A stretch of DNA of 64,000 bases from Lytechinus pictus (lineage: Eukaryota): the NCBI RefSeq assembly GCF_037042905.1, contig NC_087250.1, forward strand, positions 21,454,001 through 21,518,000, read 5' to 3'. Each line of letters opens with the position of its first letter. The stretch's first letter is position 1. Below are positions 13,175 through 26,270 of this stretch, one piece after another. The notes beneath the pieces were generated by a model. The model was given only the letters and a program-made list of their open reading frames with translations. It ran no database searches and had not been told where the DNA came from. Made by a program: the position numbers and the translations under genes.

Positions 13175-16084
13175 TGATTATTTAAAACGACGCTGCTCCT
13201 CTTCATGTAGCAAAATCTCAGAAGAAAATACTCTACAAACAGGCTACGAAATATAAGATCTCCCTGTTCGATTCTCGAATTAAAGTAAGGCGCGGAGAAA
13301 AATGAGGATTTTTGTTGATAAACTAAATGGTACACACCCGATTTGCTCCTCATTCTATCACGTGACCACATTCACAGTGATCACTCAACCAATCAAAATT
13401 GATTGCAACGTTTTCGTAACCAAATATGGTCGATTCATTTCGCAGATTATTTTATGACACCATGGTAAATAAACGTCCCCTATTATTAAAATCAGGGAAT
13501 ATACATTTTTTTTTTTTAATTTAATTTTTTTTTATAATGGTTACGATAATTGCTTATATATAATATTATTGGTAAATAAACGTCCCCTATTATTAAAATC
13601 AGGGAATATACATTTTTTTTTTAATTTAAATTTTTTTTATAATGGTTACGATAATTGCTTATATATAATATTCTACCTTGTTTTATTTCGTCTTATAGAT
13701 AAATATCAAATACTGTACATGCCTGAATTTATTTTATCTGCATAATTTCATTGTAATTATTTTGATCACATTACTTTGTTCTTCTGTTGAAAATGAAAAC
13801 AATAAATTGAATTGAAAAAAAAAATTGAAAACATGTATCATCCCGTGATGTTAACTAAACATCTAGAATGATAAATGTAATATAAATTATACCCGTTAAC
13901 GCAGGAATAGATTTGCACCCATCTTCCTCTCATCTTATTTTATTCACTCGTCTTCCTGCTCTTCTTTTTTCTCTTTTCTTTTCCTTCTTTTTTTTCTTTC
14001 TTTCCCTTTTTTTTTCTTTTTTTGCTCCGCCAAATAGGGGAGACCCGGGCCCTTCGGGCCCCCGCCTGGATCCGCCTATGCTCTCTATTGCTCTTGTCCT
14101 TCGCGGTATAATAACAAACATATTCCGTAATCTGCTGATGAATATATTTGAAATCCAAGAGTGCAGCCTGAGTTTGGAAGGAGCTGGGGCCCGTTTCTTT
14201 ACCGGACTTAAACAGTTGTAACTTTATCATTATGACAACTGCCAGTATAACATGGCTCTGCAGTCAATCTCAATCAAGGTTACCATGGTCATGATGATGA
14301 CGGCCATAATTGAAAAGTTACCATAATTATGTATTTATGAAACGTGCCTCGGATGTTAGCAACGATGACACCTTAATTTTCATTCCCTCTCTACCCTTCT
14401 TTGTTGTTTCTTCCCTTGTGGTAGAGTAGCAATTTACAAACGTATTCTGATTTATACCTACTTCTTTAAACAAACATCTACAATCATAAATATAATACAA
14501 ATTATACCCGTTAACGCAGGGATGGATTTCCGCCCTAACTTCTTACGATAATGCACACCTTGTTATTATGTTAAAGTAAAAAAAAAAGGGAAAATAAAGT
14601 AGACATATAATTTCAAAGTATTGCAGGCACCCCCTCCCCATCCTTCATAAAAGGAACTATAGCGTACAACTAAATTTGACATGAAACAAGGGTTAAGAGA
14701 AATAACGGCGACACCACGAAAAGTCAATAACAGAGATGAAAAATATTCCTCTTTCCCCCCCCCCCCATCTTGGGGCTTTTTCTTTATTTCCGATTTTTTT
14801 TTTACCATCAGCCAATCAAATGGAATGATGTAAATAGCCTTACACCGATGTCACAGTTGTTTTTGTCATTACAATGCACCATTTCTATCTATAACAAAAT
14901 CAGCCAATGAAATTGAAGGATTTCAGTAGCTTTAAACTGACTTAGCAAATTATTCTGTTATTTTAACAAGGTGCATAAAAGGGGCCACGGAGTGAATAAC
15001 TTTGACAAAAAATAATGTCGGTTTGGATTCGGTTTCGTTGTTCAAATGTTGCTTTAGATTTTCAAACGATAACTAATGTCAAAATAGCAGAAAGAATGAT
15101 AAAAAATATGAAGGTTTGAGGAAAACCCATAAAGATTAAGAAAGTTATTCGAATTTTAAGTTTTGCATTTGTGACGCCATAAACGAACAGCTGCATATAA
15201 CATGAAATACATGAATTTCATTTGTTTTTAATTGTTCCTGATGGCTCATTTTTTGAAATTTCTATTCATGATCGGGTGTGACATGATTTGTCTATTGATA
15301 GATACATGGTACAGTACAAACCGTTTTCAAATTTCAGATGAAAGAGGAGATTCTGAGCTTAAAAATGATAGGTAACTTGTCTATTGTATTATTGATTAAG
15401 TAATGATAAATCATCGATAAATCTCGGTTTCGTTTTTTCTGGGACGCACTGTATATTGACGTTGCTTTACATTATGATGTCAATTCTTTTTTTTTTTTCT
15501 AAAGACTTAACCGAATGAAGGAAAATATGGTGGCCCTGAAGGGACATCGGAAATATAGGCCAAATCGCGAATATTCACGACGAAATTCACGATGTCGTGA
15601 ATTTCGTCGCGAATTATTCACGACGAAATTCACGACGTCGTGAATTTCGTCGCCAATTTCGTCGTGAATTTGTTTTGCTTGCCTGGGCGGTATGCGGGTT
15701 GAAACCAATTCGTCTGCTGCTAATTCCTCCACTGCAGGGTCGATCTACATTCATTTAGTCTAATGCAATTCTGTCCATTAACTTTTCGCCTAACAACCAT
15801 ATGGTCCAATAAACATTTTGTCCAGTCATCACTTCGTCTAATCACCAGTTCGTCTATGACCATTTCGTCCCATAACTAGTTGGTCTAATATCAATTTTAT
15901 TTTCCTTAATTTCGCCCTATTTTTAACAAAAAAGGAGGGAAAAGAGAGGATAAAAAAAAGAAGAGGAGGAAGACGAGTTAAAAAAATAAGATGAGGGGAA
16001 GACATGGAAATAAAAAGAATCTTTCATGTCACTATATAAAAATTTTCGCTCGCGCTTCGCACTCGCATTGCCTGTTAGGTGTTC

Positions 16085-18108
16085 CAGGGGCGGATCCAGC
16101 CTTCACCAATAGGGGGGGGGGGCGGAATTATTTTTCAGCCATATTTTCCCCAACCGGCTGCTCGAAGATGATTTTTGGTTACTGTGAAGGGGTGGTCTTC
16201 TTAGCTTTATTCTTATAAATCAACATGAATATATAATATCATAATCCTTATTTATATAATGTGAGTGCGAAGCGCGAGCTAATTTTTTTTGGAAATCTTA
16301 TGTAATTTTTCCCATAATTTGAACATTCTGGGCAATGTTTGATTTCCTAAAAAAGATGTGTATGCAAATAAATAATTACTACGAACGCGAAGCGCGAGCA
16401 GAAATGAACTGGTGGAATAGGTACCTGTTAAAGACGTTATATATTTTAAAAATCAAATAATGCGAGCGCGATGCGCGAGCTGAATTTTTTTGACATTTTT
16501 ACTTAAAAATGGAAATTCTAAGGACTTTTTGTAACTTAAACAGAATAGGTATATAATAAACAATTGATGCGAGCGCGAAGCGCGAGCTGAAAATTTTTGA
16601 CATTTCTACATAAAGAATGGAAAATTTATTCAATTTTTGTAATCGTGAACAGGAAAGCTATATAACTAAACGATTGATGCGAGTGCGAAGCGCGCGGCGA
16701 GCGGAAGAAAATCGAGATTTAGACCTAAATACGGGACACTCTATTCATGTTTTGTAAATTTGGAAAAGAATGAGTAATTCCTACATTAATGATGCAAGCA
16801 CAAAGTGCGAGCAGAAAATTGTTTATATTGTGATCTGAAACTGGATAATGATTTAAATAGAGAACAAGTTGAATATCTGAATAAACATGCGCGTGCGTGT
16901 TTCATATTTAGACCTAGGATCTAGGCAATCTAAATACATCTTTTATCATGAAAATCAAAGCGAGCGCGAAGCGCGAGCTTAAACTATTTGATATTCCGAT
17001 CTGAAAAAAAGAGTCAATTTCAGCTCTATATTTCAAGCACTTTGTAAGAAAATTGTAAAGTGGATATGGATTGCACAGAGCTGATTTTTTTTTCATTATA
17101 ATTACTTTGAGTTTTGACATAGGACCGGTACATCCTTAGGACATGTAGGACATGCAGTGGCGGACCGTGACCCGGAGGAGACAAAGAATTGGAGGGGCAC
17201 AGCATTATTCACAAACAATACAGTGCCCCTCCAATGCTTTGTCTCCTCCGGGTCACGGTCCGCCACTGAGGACATGTCATCATATGAAAATGATGAATGT
17301 CTTCCTATTCCTCTTGCTAAGCGCGAGATGAAACAAAAGGGACAATTCAATTATTAAATTAATATCTTATTCATTAAGGCCTAATGAGGGCGTGAAGTCT
17401 GATGATATTATGGCCTGAAAACTGGACATTTCAAGCACTTTTGTAATTATAAATAGGATGCATCAGTTAATATATTTTAACAATTAATGCGAGCGCAAAT
17501 TGCGAGCCTAAATCTTTGCATTGTCATGAAAAGGGGATTGTATAATCAATATTGAGACATACGATCAAAATGCGAGCGTGTAGCGCTAGCTGATACGTTT
17601 TGACAATCAGACCTGAAAAGGGATATTTTGAAAACTTTATGGAATACACGAAAATAATAGGTACCTGATAAATCGAAATTTGAAGGCGCGCAGCGCGAGC
17701 GGAAAATGTTAATATTCAGACCATAAAACTGTCATATTTACAGAGCACTTTTTAAAAATCAATTTGTAAATCACGCAAAATAATGAGTTTGATTTTCGAG
17801 ATAAAATATGTTTTGTATATTGACTTCCAAACTTGATATTTAAACTCCATATTGAACAAGATATGAAAATCACCTAACAGGCAATGTGAGCGCGAAGCGC
17901 GAGCGAAAATTTTATATAGTGACATGAAATATTCTTTTTATTTCCATGTCTTCCCCTCATCTTACTTTATTCACTCGTCCCGATCCTCCTCTTCTTTTTT
18001 TCTACTCTCTTTTCCCTCCTTTTTTTTCTTTCTTTCCTTTTTTCCTTTTTTTTGCTCCGCCAATAGGGGGGCGGGCCCCTCGGCCCCCTCCCCCTAGATC
18101 CGCCTATG
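16085..18108. mobile_element. hAT-like element (CAGGGGCGGATCCA...TAGATCCGCCTATG) with GCGAAGC-motif repeats
   Basis: Terminal inverted repeats; same family as 9918-14080. Confidence 0.75.
17155..17268. mobile_element. 114-bp hairpin hAT-like MITE, 8-bp TSD AGGACATG
   Basis: ~46-bp near-perfect TIR CAGTGGCGGACCGTGACCCGGAGGAGACAAAG...; TSD 17147-17154 and 17269-17276; truncated copy at 11899-11973. Confidence 0.9.
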
Positions 18109-20833
18109 CATATGGATAGCAGTGGACATCGTTCTGTCGTTTCAATGATTTTTTTTTCAATTGGTCTAATGCCAACTCGTCTGCTTTCATTTTGTCTACC
18201 ATCAGTTCGTCCACTATCCACATGATCTAACTGCCATTTTGTCTAATAACCAAGTTGGTCCAATTGCCATTTTCCATATGCCATTTGGTCTAATTGAACT
18301 AAGTGTTAATTGGGCGAAATTAAGGAAAATAAAATTGATATTAGCCCAACTAGTTGTGAGACGAAATGGTCATAGACGAACTGGTGATTATAGACGAAGT
18401 GATGACTGGACCAAATGGTTATTGGACCATATGGTTGTTAGGCGAAAAGTTAATGGACAGAATTGCATTAGACTAAATTAATGTAGATCGACCCTGCAGT
18501 GGAGGAATTAGCAGCAGACGAATTGGTTTCAACCCGCATACCGCTCAGGCAAGCAAAACAAATTCACGACGAAATTGGCGACGAAATTCACGACGTCGTG
18601 AATATTCAAATTGACGACGAAATTGACGACGAAATTGGCGACGTCGTGAATTTCGTCGCCAATTTCGTCGTGAATATTCGCGGTTTGGTCTATTTGCGAT
18701 GTCCCTTCAGGGCCACCATAGGAAAATGTATGCCAAATAACGTGCGTCTTCACCACAACCTCACCCCCTCTCTCTTTATTTCCCCTCTCATCCCTCCACC
18801 CTTTCATGTCTAGGCCTATTTGTTTACCTATCTATCTATTTTCCCTCTCCCTTTCCCAATCATTTTACTTTGTATCTCATCTTTATTGTTCTGTCCTTTG
18901 GAGTATATAATAACAAACATATTCCGTAATCTACTGATGAATATATTTGAAATCCAACAGTGCAGCCTGAGTTTGAACAGGAGCTGGGCCCGTTTCTTTA
19001 CCCTGTTTACCGGACTTAAACAGTTATAACTTTATCATTATGACAACTGCCAGTATAACATGGCTCTGCGGTCAATCCCAATTAATGTAACCATGGTCAT
19101 GATGGCCGTAATTGAAAAGTTACCATAGTTGTGTCTTTACGAAACGGGCCCCGGATGTTAGCAACGATGACACCCTAATTGTTATTCCCTCTCTATCTTT
19201 CTTTGTCGTTTCTTCCCTTGTGGTATAGTAGCAATTTACAAACTTACTCTGATTTATACTTACTTCTTTATGTATTGGAAATCCAACAGTTCTCGCAGCC
19301 TCCTTTGTAATAATGTGCGGCGGGCACAATAGACAACCACGGACCATGAAAACGAAGCAAACTCACACTAGCATGACTAGGGTGGTTACAAAATCACATA
19401 ATGTAGTTGAAATTGACCAGTCATTCGACAATATCTATTTTTATCATGTACAATGTAACTTATATCTGTTCAAATGTTTGTACATGTATTTATTATTTTG
19501 TTCATGATTTATAATTTATTGTTTTATGTTTTTCAATTTTTATGTACGGACTTGCTGAAAAACAGCCTTGCGGCTGATAGCAGGTTTTTTTTATCCCGTA
19601 TTTAAATAAATAAAACATACATACATACAATTGGTTATTTAAAACGACGCTGCTCCTCTTCATGTAGCAAAATCTCAGAAGAAAATACTCTACAAACAGG
19701 CTACGAAATATAAGATCTCCCTGTTCGATTCTCGAATTAAAGTAAGGCGCGGAGAAAAATGAGAATTTTTGTTGATAAACTAAATGGTGCACACCCGATT
19801 TGCTCCTCATTCTATCACGTGACCACATTCACAGTGATCACTCAACCAATCAAAATTGATTGCAACGTTTTCGTAACCAAATATGGTCGATTCATTTCGC
19901 AGATTATTTTATGACACCATGGTAAATAAACGTCCCCTATTATTAAAATCAGGGAATATACATGTATCATCCCGTGATGTTAACTAAACATCTAGAATGA
20001 TAAATGTAATATAAATTATACCCGTTAACGCAGGGATAGATTTGCACCCGAACTTTCTACGATAATGCACACCTTGTTAAAGTAAACATAAAGTAAAATA
20101 AAAGTAGACATATAATTTCAAAGTATTTAAGGCACCTCCTCCCCATCCTTCATGAAAGGCGCTATAGTATCCATCTAAATTGTTTCGTTAACATGAAACA
20201 AGGGATAAGAGAAATCACGGCGACACCACGAACTGTCAATGAAAGAGATTTTAAAAAATATCACTCCTTCCCTCCCATTTTGGGGCTTTTTCTTTATTTT
20301 CGATTTTTTGTTTGTTTTGCCCTTACTTTTTCTTTAAAGAAAGGGCATTTTATCCTATTTTGCCCCTCTCCTAAGAAATCTTGGATCAGCCATTGCGTCA
20401 ACCCAGTCCCCACCCCGAACGTGAGAAACCCTTACCCTCAAAATATGATATGTTGGTTGCAAGAACAGTTACAGCTTTCGTTTTTTCCTAATATCTCTGT
20501 GTTCGACAATATAAATTTGACATAATAATCTTTAGCAAACATCAAGTCCCAAATCGCGTACTTTACAGAGTTGGGTAAACTTACTGATTCTAGGATAAAT
20601 ACCAATTTAACCTTAAAGAACTGTTTAAAGTTCGTGAAAATTGTCCAATTTAAGTTTTTATGACAGATAAGGAACAGCCCGGCAAACAGAAAGTGCAATC
20701 TCAGCAGATCAATATCTGTCATTATTTTATTGCCTTGTAGTATTTATGGGGGCATGATATTCTTTTGTGGAAAGGAAAATTTGCAAAATATATGCTGAAG
20801 CATTGTATTTCCATACCTCTTTGTGAATATATA

Positions 20834-22911
20834 CACAACAAAAAAAGTAAGTCCCCCCTAAATCAAATTGCTGTAACTTTTGAACGGAATTATTTTGAGA
20901 TATGATATTTCGTAGGTATTTTTCTACACTCATTAAACAACTCCTGGGGAAAAATGGGATTGATCGGTTGAGTCATGCATGAGTAATTAAAGATTGAATT
21001 AAAAATGAACATTTTTGAAAGTCACAAGAGTCGTTTTTCAGATTGTGCAATTACAAAGTTGGGCAAAAGTTGTTTTTAGGTGAAATTTATGGTGTTAATG
21101 CTGTTTTACTATCCATCATTTAGCCACTCCACACTCAATTTTGATATCGTATGTTTATGGTTGAGTGAGCACAATGTATTGCAGGGGCCGTGGAAGTGGG
21201 GGGGGGGGGCTTCAGCCCCCCACTTTTTTTTCCAAAAGCATGTACAAAAATGTAAAAATGACCATACGATTGTGATTTTTTGCATGGTCAGCCCCCCTAC
21301 TTTTGGCTCAGCACCCTCACTTTGAAAACCGTTCCCCGGCCCCTGTATTGTGACGTATCATCATAGGGGGTTTATGGTAGTATTCTCTACAACTTGTTAG
21401 ATCATGTTAAAATTTGAAAATGTTGGTGGCTCCCCCGATTATAGGCCCCTCCCCCATTTTAAAATTCTGGATCCACCACTGATTTGTCCATAAATTAAAC
21501 TGATCCTGAGAAATTGTTAGGAAAAGAATACATTTATGCAGTATCCATTCCTAAGTTTTCGAATGTGCTCGCTCAACCATGAAAATATTAAAAGTTCGGA
21601 AAGTGTGTGGTGATAGAAATGGTGGATGATAAAAACAACAGCAATTAAAGTCACATTTGAAACCGAATTTGCCCCCAAAATTCACTTTATTACCCATTAA
21701 AATGAGTCTGTGACATTGAAAATACCCCTTTTCCCACTTTGATGCGTGCTCACTCATCCATAAATAAAAAATCGATTTATTTTTTGCACAGAATTCCGCC
21801 CATAGGTTGATAAACATTACTGCCAAATGACATTGCTAAAGACAGCCTTGAAAAAAAGTTCCACCATATTGAATAAGGGGTTACTTATTCTTAAACATAT
21901 GCACCCATAATGTACACAATGTCTATGAGAGAGGAAATCAGAATTTTAACAAATGTGAAATGAGGGTTTGTTTCATGCACGATTTTTGTTACTTCTGCCA
22001 ACAGTTATTTCCTGAAACTTCGCACATGGCATCAGAGTAATACTATCCAAAAGGTGCGCACACCAAAATAACCATTCGATACGGCACAGAGTGGGGCCAA
22101 GGCCTTGAACTTCCTTCTCATTTGCATAATTTTCGAATATCGTGTGCTCACTGGTGCATGATACATCGGGATTTTCATAAAAATCTAATCAAATGAACTA
22201 TGCAAGGAGGTTTGTGACAGATATCCATAGTTACAAATTGTATTTTTTCCAATAACGTAAAAAAGAGCAAATCACATTCCACATGTTCATTCAAGCGTGA
22301 ATGTTTAATTAAACGCCTTTGAATCATTGAAGCATGTTAATTGGTCATGAACATAACGAAAAAGTTGAGAAAAGATCATTTTCAGTTACCAAAATGAAAC
22401 AATACTTGCCTATGATATTTGAAAATCATATTTTTTGTTTTCAATAAATGTTCATTGAACCGTGAAACGATGAACATTGTTGAAGATACTCTTCCCAAAA
22501 ATAACTGTCATCATATTCGATCATTTTTATTGATAGAAATGTGTAAAAAAATCAAATTATAGCAAATTTGGACTTGTGTTTATTCAACCGTGAAATTTAG
22601 CCTAAAAAGTTGTATTGTCTTTTAGAAAGTACCTTTTACAGGCCTTGTGACTATTTTTCATGATGAGAATGTGGAATTCGTTCCAATAAAATGAAATCAA
22701 AGTCGTGATATTTGGCTTGTGACTTTTGAAAAGTGACATTTTTGCCTTCTGACGGTGCTCACTAAAGCATGACGTAAAATACGGACATAACATTTACTCA
22801 GAGGGTAGTTTATAAAATTACCTACACGCTCATGTAAAAATATATTAAAAACTCGCATTGGTTCGGAAATTATTGATGTTTGTTTAAGGGGGGACTTACT
22901 TTTTTTTTGTG
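20834..22911. mobile_element. ~2.1-kb non-autonomous Tc1/mariner-type element, TA TSD
   Basis: TA|CACAACAAAAAAAGTAAGTCCCCCC ... GGGGGACTTACTTTTTTTTTGTG|TA; empty site at about 27645-27670; second copy at 56584-58428. Confidence 0.85.
21182..21345. mobile_element. hAT-like MITE with 5-bp TSD TATTG, nested in the 20834-22911 element
   Basis: TIR CAGGGGCCG / CGGCCCCTG; absent from the copy at about 56910. Confidence 0.8.
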
Positions 22912-22962
22912 TATATATTAAAAAAAAAAAATGATCCCTCAACTTGCCGCTTGAAAATATGT

Positions 22963-23385
22963 GGGGATGTCGTGGCCTAGTGGTTAAGACTCTCGTCTTT
23001 GGTTCGATTCCCAGCCATGGTGTGTTTTCCTTCAACAAGAATGGTTTTCCACATTGTGTTGCACTCAACACGGGTGGGTGTTACATGAAGCTGTTTGCAA
23101 ACAGGTGAAGCTTTTTTACGTGCTAAATAATAATCAATGAACATATCTAATGGTGAATATCAGTTACCACAATGAAGGACCATCACCTGTGCTGAAAGTA
23201 ACTCTTAACTTACGGACAGTCTAGTGAAACGGCCCCCTGGTGAGGTAAATGCGTACCGACAGGAAGTACTTTCCCCCCCAAAAAAAACCTGTGAGCACCG
23301 GAATCGATAGACTAGGTTAGTGGGGAATATAGGAGCGCCATCATCACCTAATGATGTCAATATTTGCGCTACATAAATCCTATAT
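22963..23385 (+). mobile_element. tRNA-derived SINE carrying a Harbinger-like MITE (about 23072-23238); paralog at 27708-29280
   Basis: A-box TGGCCTAGTGG and B-box GGTTCGATTCC; body TTCCACATTGTGTTGCACTCAAC...GTGAGGTAAATG-GTACC; tail GCGCTACATAAATCC. Confidence 0.7.
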
Positions 23386-24026
23386 TTTTATACATTTTGG
23401 GAAAAAATAAGAGGAGGTGCTTGTCTGGAAAAAAATACATTTTGGTCAAAAAAGAAAAAAATACAAAAAAAATGAAATGATGTTATTCATAAAGAAAGTG
23501 GCAAGCAAAATATATAACAATGATTTTGAAAAAATTAATAAACAAATGAAAAAAAACTGTCATGATTTTATAATGGTTAAGAAAGTTCCCCGTCAGAAGA
23601 ATGTGTAATCAGCAGGAATTGAGCAAGATCATGTTTCATGAAGTCTTTTTATAATAACAAAAAAAAAAAAAAAATTCAAAGCAAGTTTACTATCAGCCAA
23701 GCAAATGGAATTATCTAAATAGCCTAACACCGATGTCGCAGTTGTTTTTGTCATTACAATGCACAATTTCTATCTACATGTATACAAAATCAACTAATGA
23801 AATTGAAGGATTTCAGTAGCTTAAAACTAATATAGCAAGTTATTTTGTTATTATAACAAGGTTCATGAAAGGGGCCACTGAGTGAATGACAACTTTGACA
23901 AAAAATAATGTCGGTTGGGATTTGGTTTCGTTGTTTAAATATTACATTAGATCTTCAAACGATAACTAATGTAAAAATAGCAGAAAGAATAATAATAAAA
24001 AATATAAAGGTTTGAGGAAACCCATG

Positions 24027-24333
24027 GGCCCATATTCTGAAGTCAGGTTTAACTTAAACTCAGGTTTAAAGTTGTGGTTTAAGTATGGGAAGCCAAAAGT
24101 ATCATTTTTTTTTAGTTTTACGTTTCTTATGTTTACTGTGCTCTTTCCTGATTCATCGATGGTGAAGACAATAATCTGATATACTTCCTAGACAATTATG
24201 AATGATTTGAGAGCCAAATGAGCTGAGATATGATATCTCTATCGTTAGTGATTTATGTAACAATTGGCTTCCCATACTTAAACCACAACTTTAAACCTGA
24301 GTTTTAGTTAAACCCGACTTCAGAATACGGGCC
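24027..24333. mobile_element. PIF/Harbinger-like MITE, 3-bp TSD ATG
   Basis: ~70-bp TIR GGCCCATATTCTGAAGTC... / ...GACTTCAGAATACGGGCC; empty site at 15121-15140. Confidence 0.85.
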
Positions 24334-25411
24334 ATGAAGATTAAGAAATTTATTTGAATTTCAAGTTTTGCATTGTGACGTCATAAACAAACAGCTGCAT
24401 ATAACATAAACTACATGAATTTCATTTGTTTTTCATTGTTCCTGATGGCTCATTTCTTTTATTTCTATGCATAATCAGGTGTGACATGATTTGTCTAATG
24501 ATAGATACATGGTACAATACAAACCATTTTCAAATTTCAGATGAAAGAGGAGATTTTGAGCTTAACAATGATAGGTCACTTGTCTATTGTATTATTCATT
24601 AAGTAATGATAAATCATCGATAAATCTCGGTTTCGTTTTTTTCTGGGACGAACTGTATATTGACGTTGCTTTACATTATGATGTCAATTCTTTTTTTTTT
24701 CTAAAGACTTCTTTTCAAAATCTTTGATCCATTTTCTTAATGACTTTAACAATAAGCTTGAAGTACTCTACTTTGGATTTACAGAAAGCTTTTTTTCTCG
24801 AGGTGAATTGTCCATTTAAACTTTGTACATGTAACCGAACCTGCCGAATGGAGGAAAATGCTATGCAAAATAACTTGCGTCTTCACCACAACTTCACCCC
24901 TTCTCTCTTTATTTCCCCTCTCACCCCTCCACCCTTTCATGTCTAGACCTATTTATTTACCTTTTATTTATCCATCTATTTCCCTCTTCCTTTCCCAATC
25001 ATTTTACTATGTATCCCATCTTTAATGCTCTGTCCTTTGGAGTAAAATAACAAACATATTCCGTAATCTACTGATGAATATATTTGAAATCCAACAGTGC
25101 AGCCTGAGTTTGAAAGGAGCTGGGCCCGTTTCTTCACCCTGTTTACCGGACTTAAACAGTTGTAACTTTATCATTATGACAACTGCCAGTATAACATGGC
25201 TCTGCGGTCAATCCCAATCAATGTAACCATGGTCATGATGGCCATAATTGAAAAGTTACCATAGTTATGTCTTTACGAAACGGACCCGGATGTTAGCAAC
25301 GATGACACCTTAACTTTCATTCCCTCCCTACCTTTCTTTGTTGTTTCTTCCCTCTTGGTATATAGTAGCATTTTACAAACTTACTCTGATTTATACTTAC
25401 TTCTTTATATA

Positions 25412-26270
25412 CTGTACAAGCTGTAATTTTCGCGGGGGTTTTATTTTCGCGGATTTCGCGAATTGCCGATCGGCCGCGAATTTAACAACACGCGAAAATA
25501 TTGACACACTTGTTAGTCAGTGCCAATGTCCCCAACAGCAAAGCTTTGCTATTGAAAACATACTGTGTAGTGAGAAAATGGTGATATGCACCTCTATATG
25601 TACAAAAAATAAGGCTTAGAAAGTACAGTTAGTGATTCAAAAAGTTAGCTAGAATTTCACTTTTTTTAATTTCTCAACAAAATCAGAGCCTAAGGTATTT
25701 TCTAACATTATTTTATCAATATCTATACACTCATTGTAATATTAAAATGTATTTTCCATGAAATAATTTGATATTATTGTCATCTGATTGACTCTATTAC
25801 ACACGTATGGCAGCTATTTGCATACTCATTAATATTCATAAGTCACATGACCAGAGCTTTTACAGTTGAAGATTCTGTTCACAAAATTCCACATTTTTGC
25901 AGTTTTACCAACTTTTTGAAAAATTAATAGAACAAAACACAAATTCTAAAGATTGCTTAACCCTATAAATTACAGATCAAACTGTGGCATGATGAATTTT
26001 CAGATCTAAAGGTAAAAAAAATGAAATTTAAACCACCTTTTTCCACAGTTTGTAACTGTTTTTACAGGGACATATTTATGTACAAAACACACATCAGCAT
26101 GGGACTTTGAGGAGTAGAGATTTGCACGTGATTAGCACTAGTTTTGCTTCTTTTAAATGCTGTGGAAATGTTTTCTACATCTTCCGATCGCGAATTTAAC
26201 AACCCGCGAAAATGTCGGGACCCCCGCGATTCGCGAAAAATTCTGTACGCGAAAATAACAGCTTCTACAG
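25412..26270. mobile_element. TA-TSD MITE with TTCGCG-rich ends (Tc1/mariner/pogo-like)
   Basis: TA|CTGTACAAGCTGTAATTTTCGCG ... CGCGAAAATAACAGCTTCTACAG|TA; empty site at 12807-12828 and 19264-19285. Confidence 0.85.

Larger units (their letters stand above)
9918..14080. mobile_element. hAT-like non-autonomous element (AGGGGCGGATCCA...TGGATCCGCCTATG) with periodic GCGAGCGCGAAGCGCGAGC motifs, interrupted by other insertions
   Basis: Both ends flanked by CTCTCT; empty site in paralogs (ACTTTGTATCTCATCTTTATTG at 12411); homologous to 16085-18108. Confidence 0.7.
15527..18719. mobile_element. Composite foldback element with long inverted arms; TSD AGGAAAAT
   Basis: AGGAAAAT at 15519-15526 and 18720-18727; termini ATGGTGGCCCTGAAGGGACATCG / CGATGTCCCTTCAGGGCCACCAT; arms 15527-15917 vs 18311-18719; empty site at 9718-9750 and 24843-24875. 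Confidence 0.8.
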
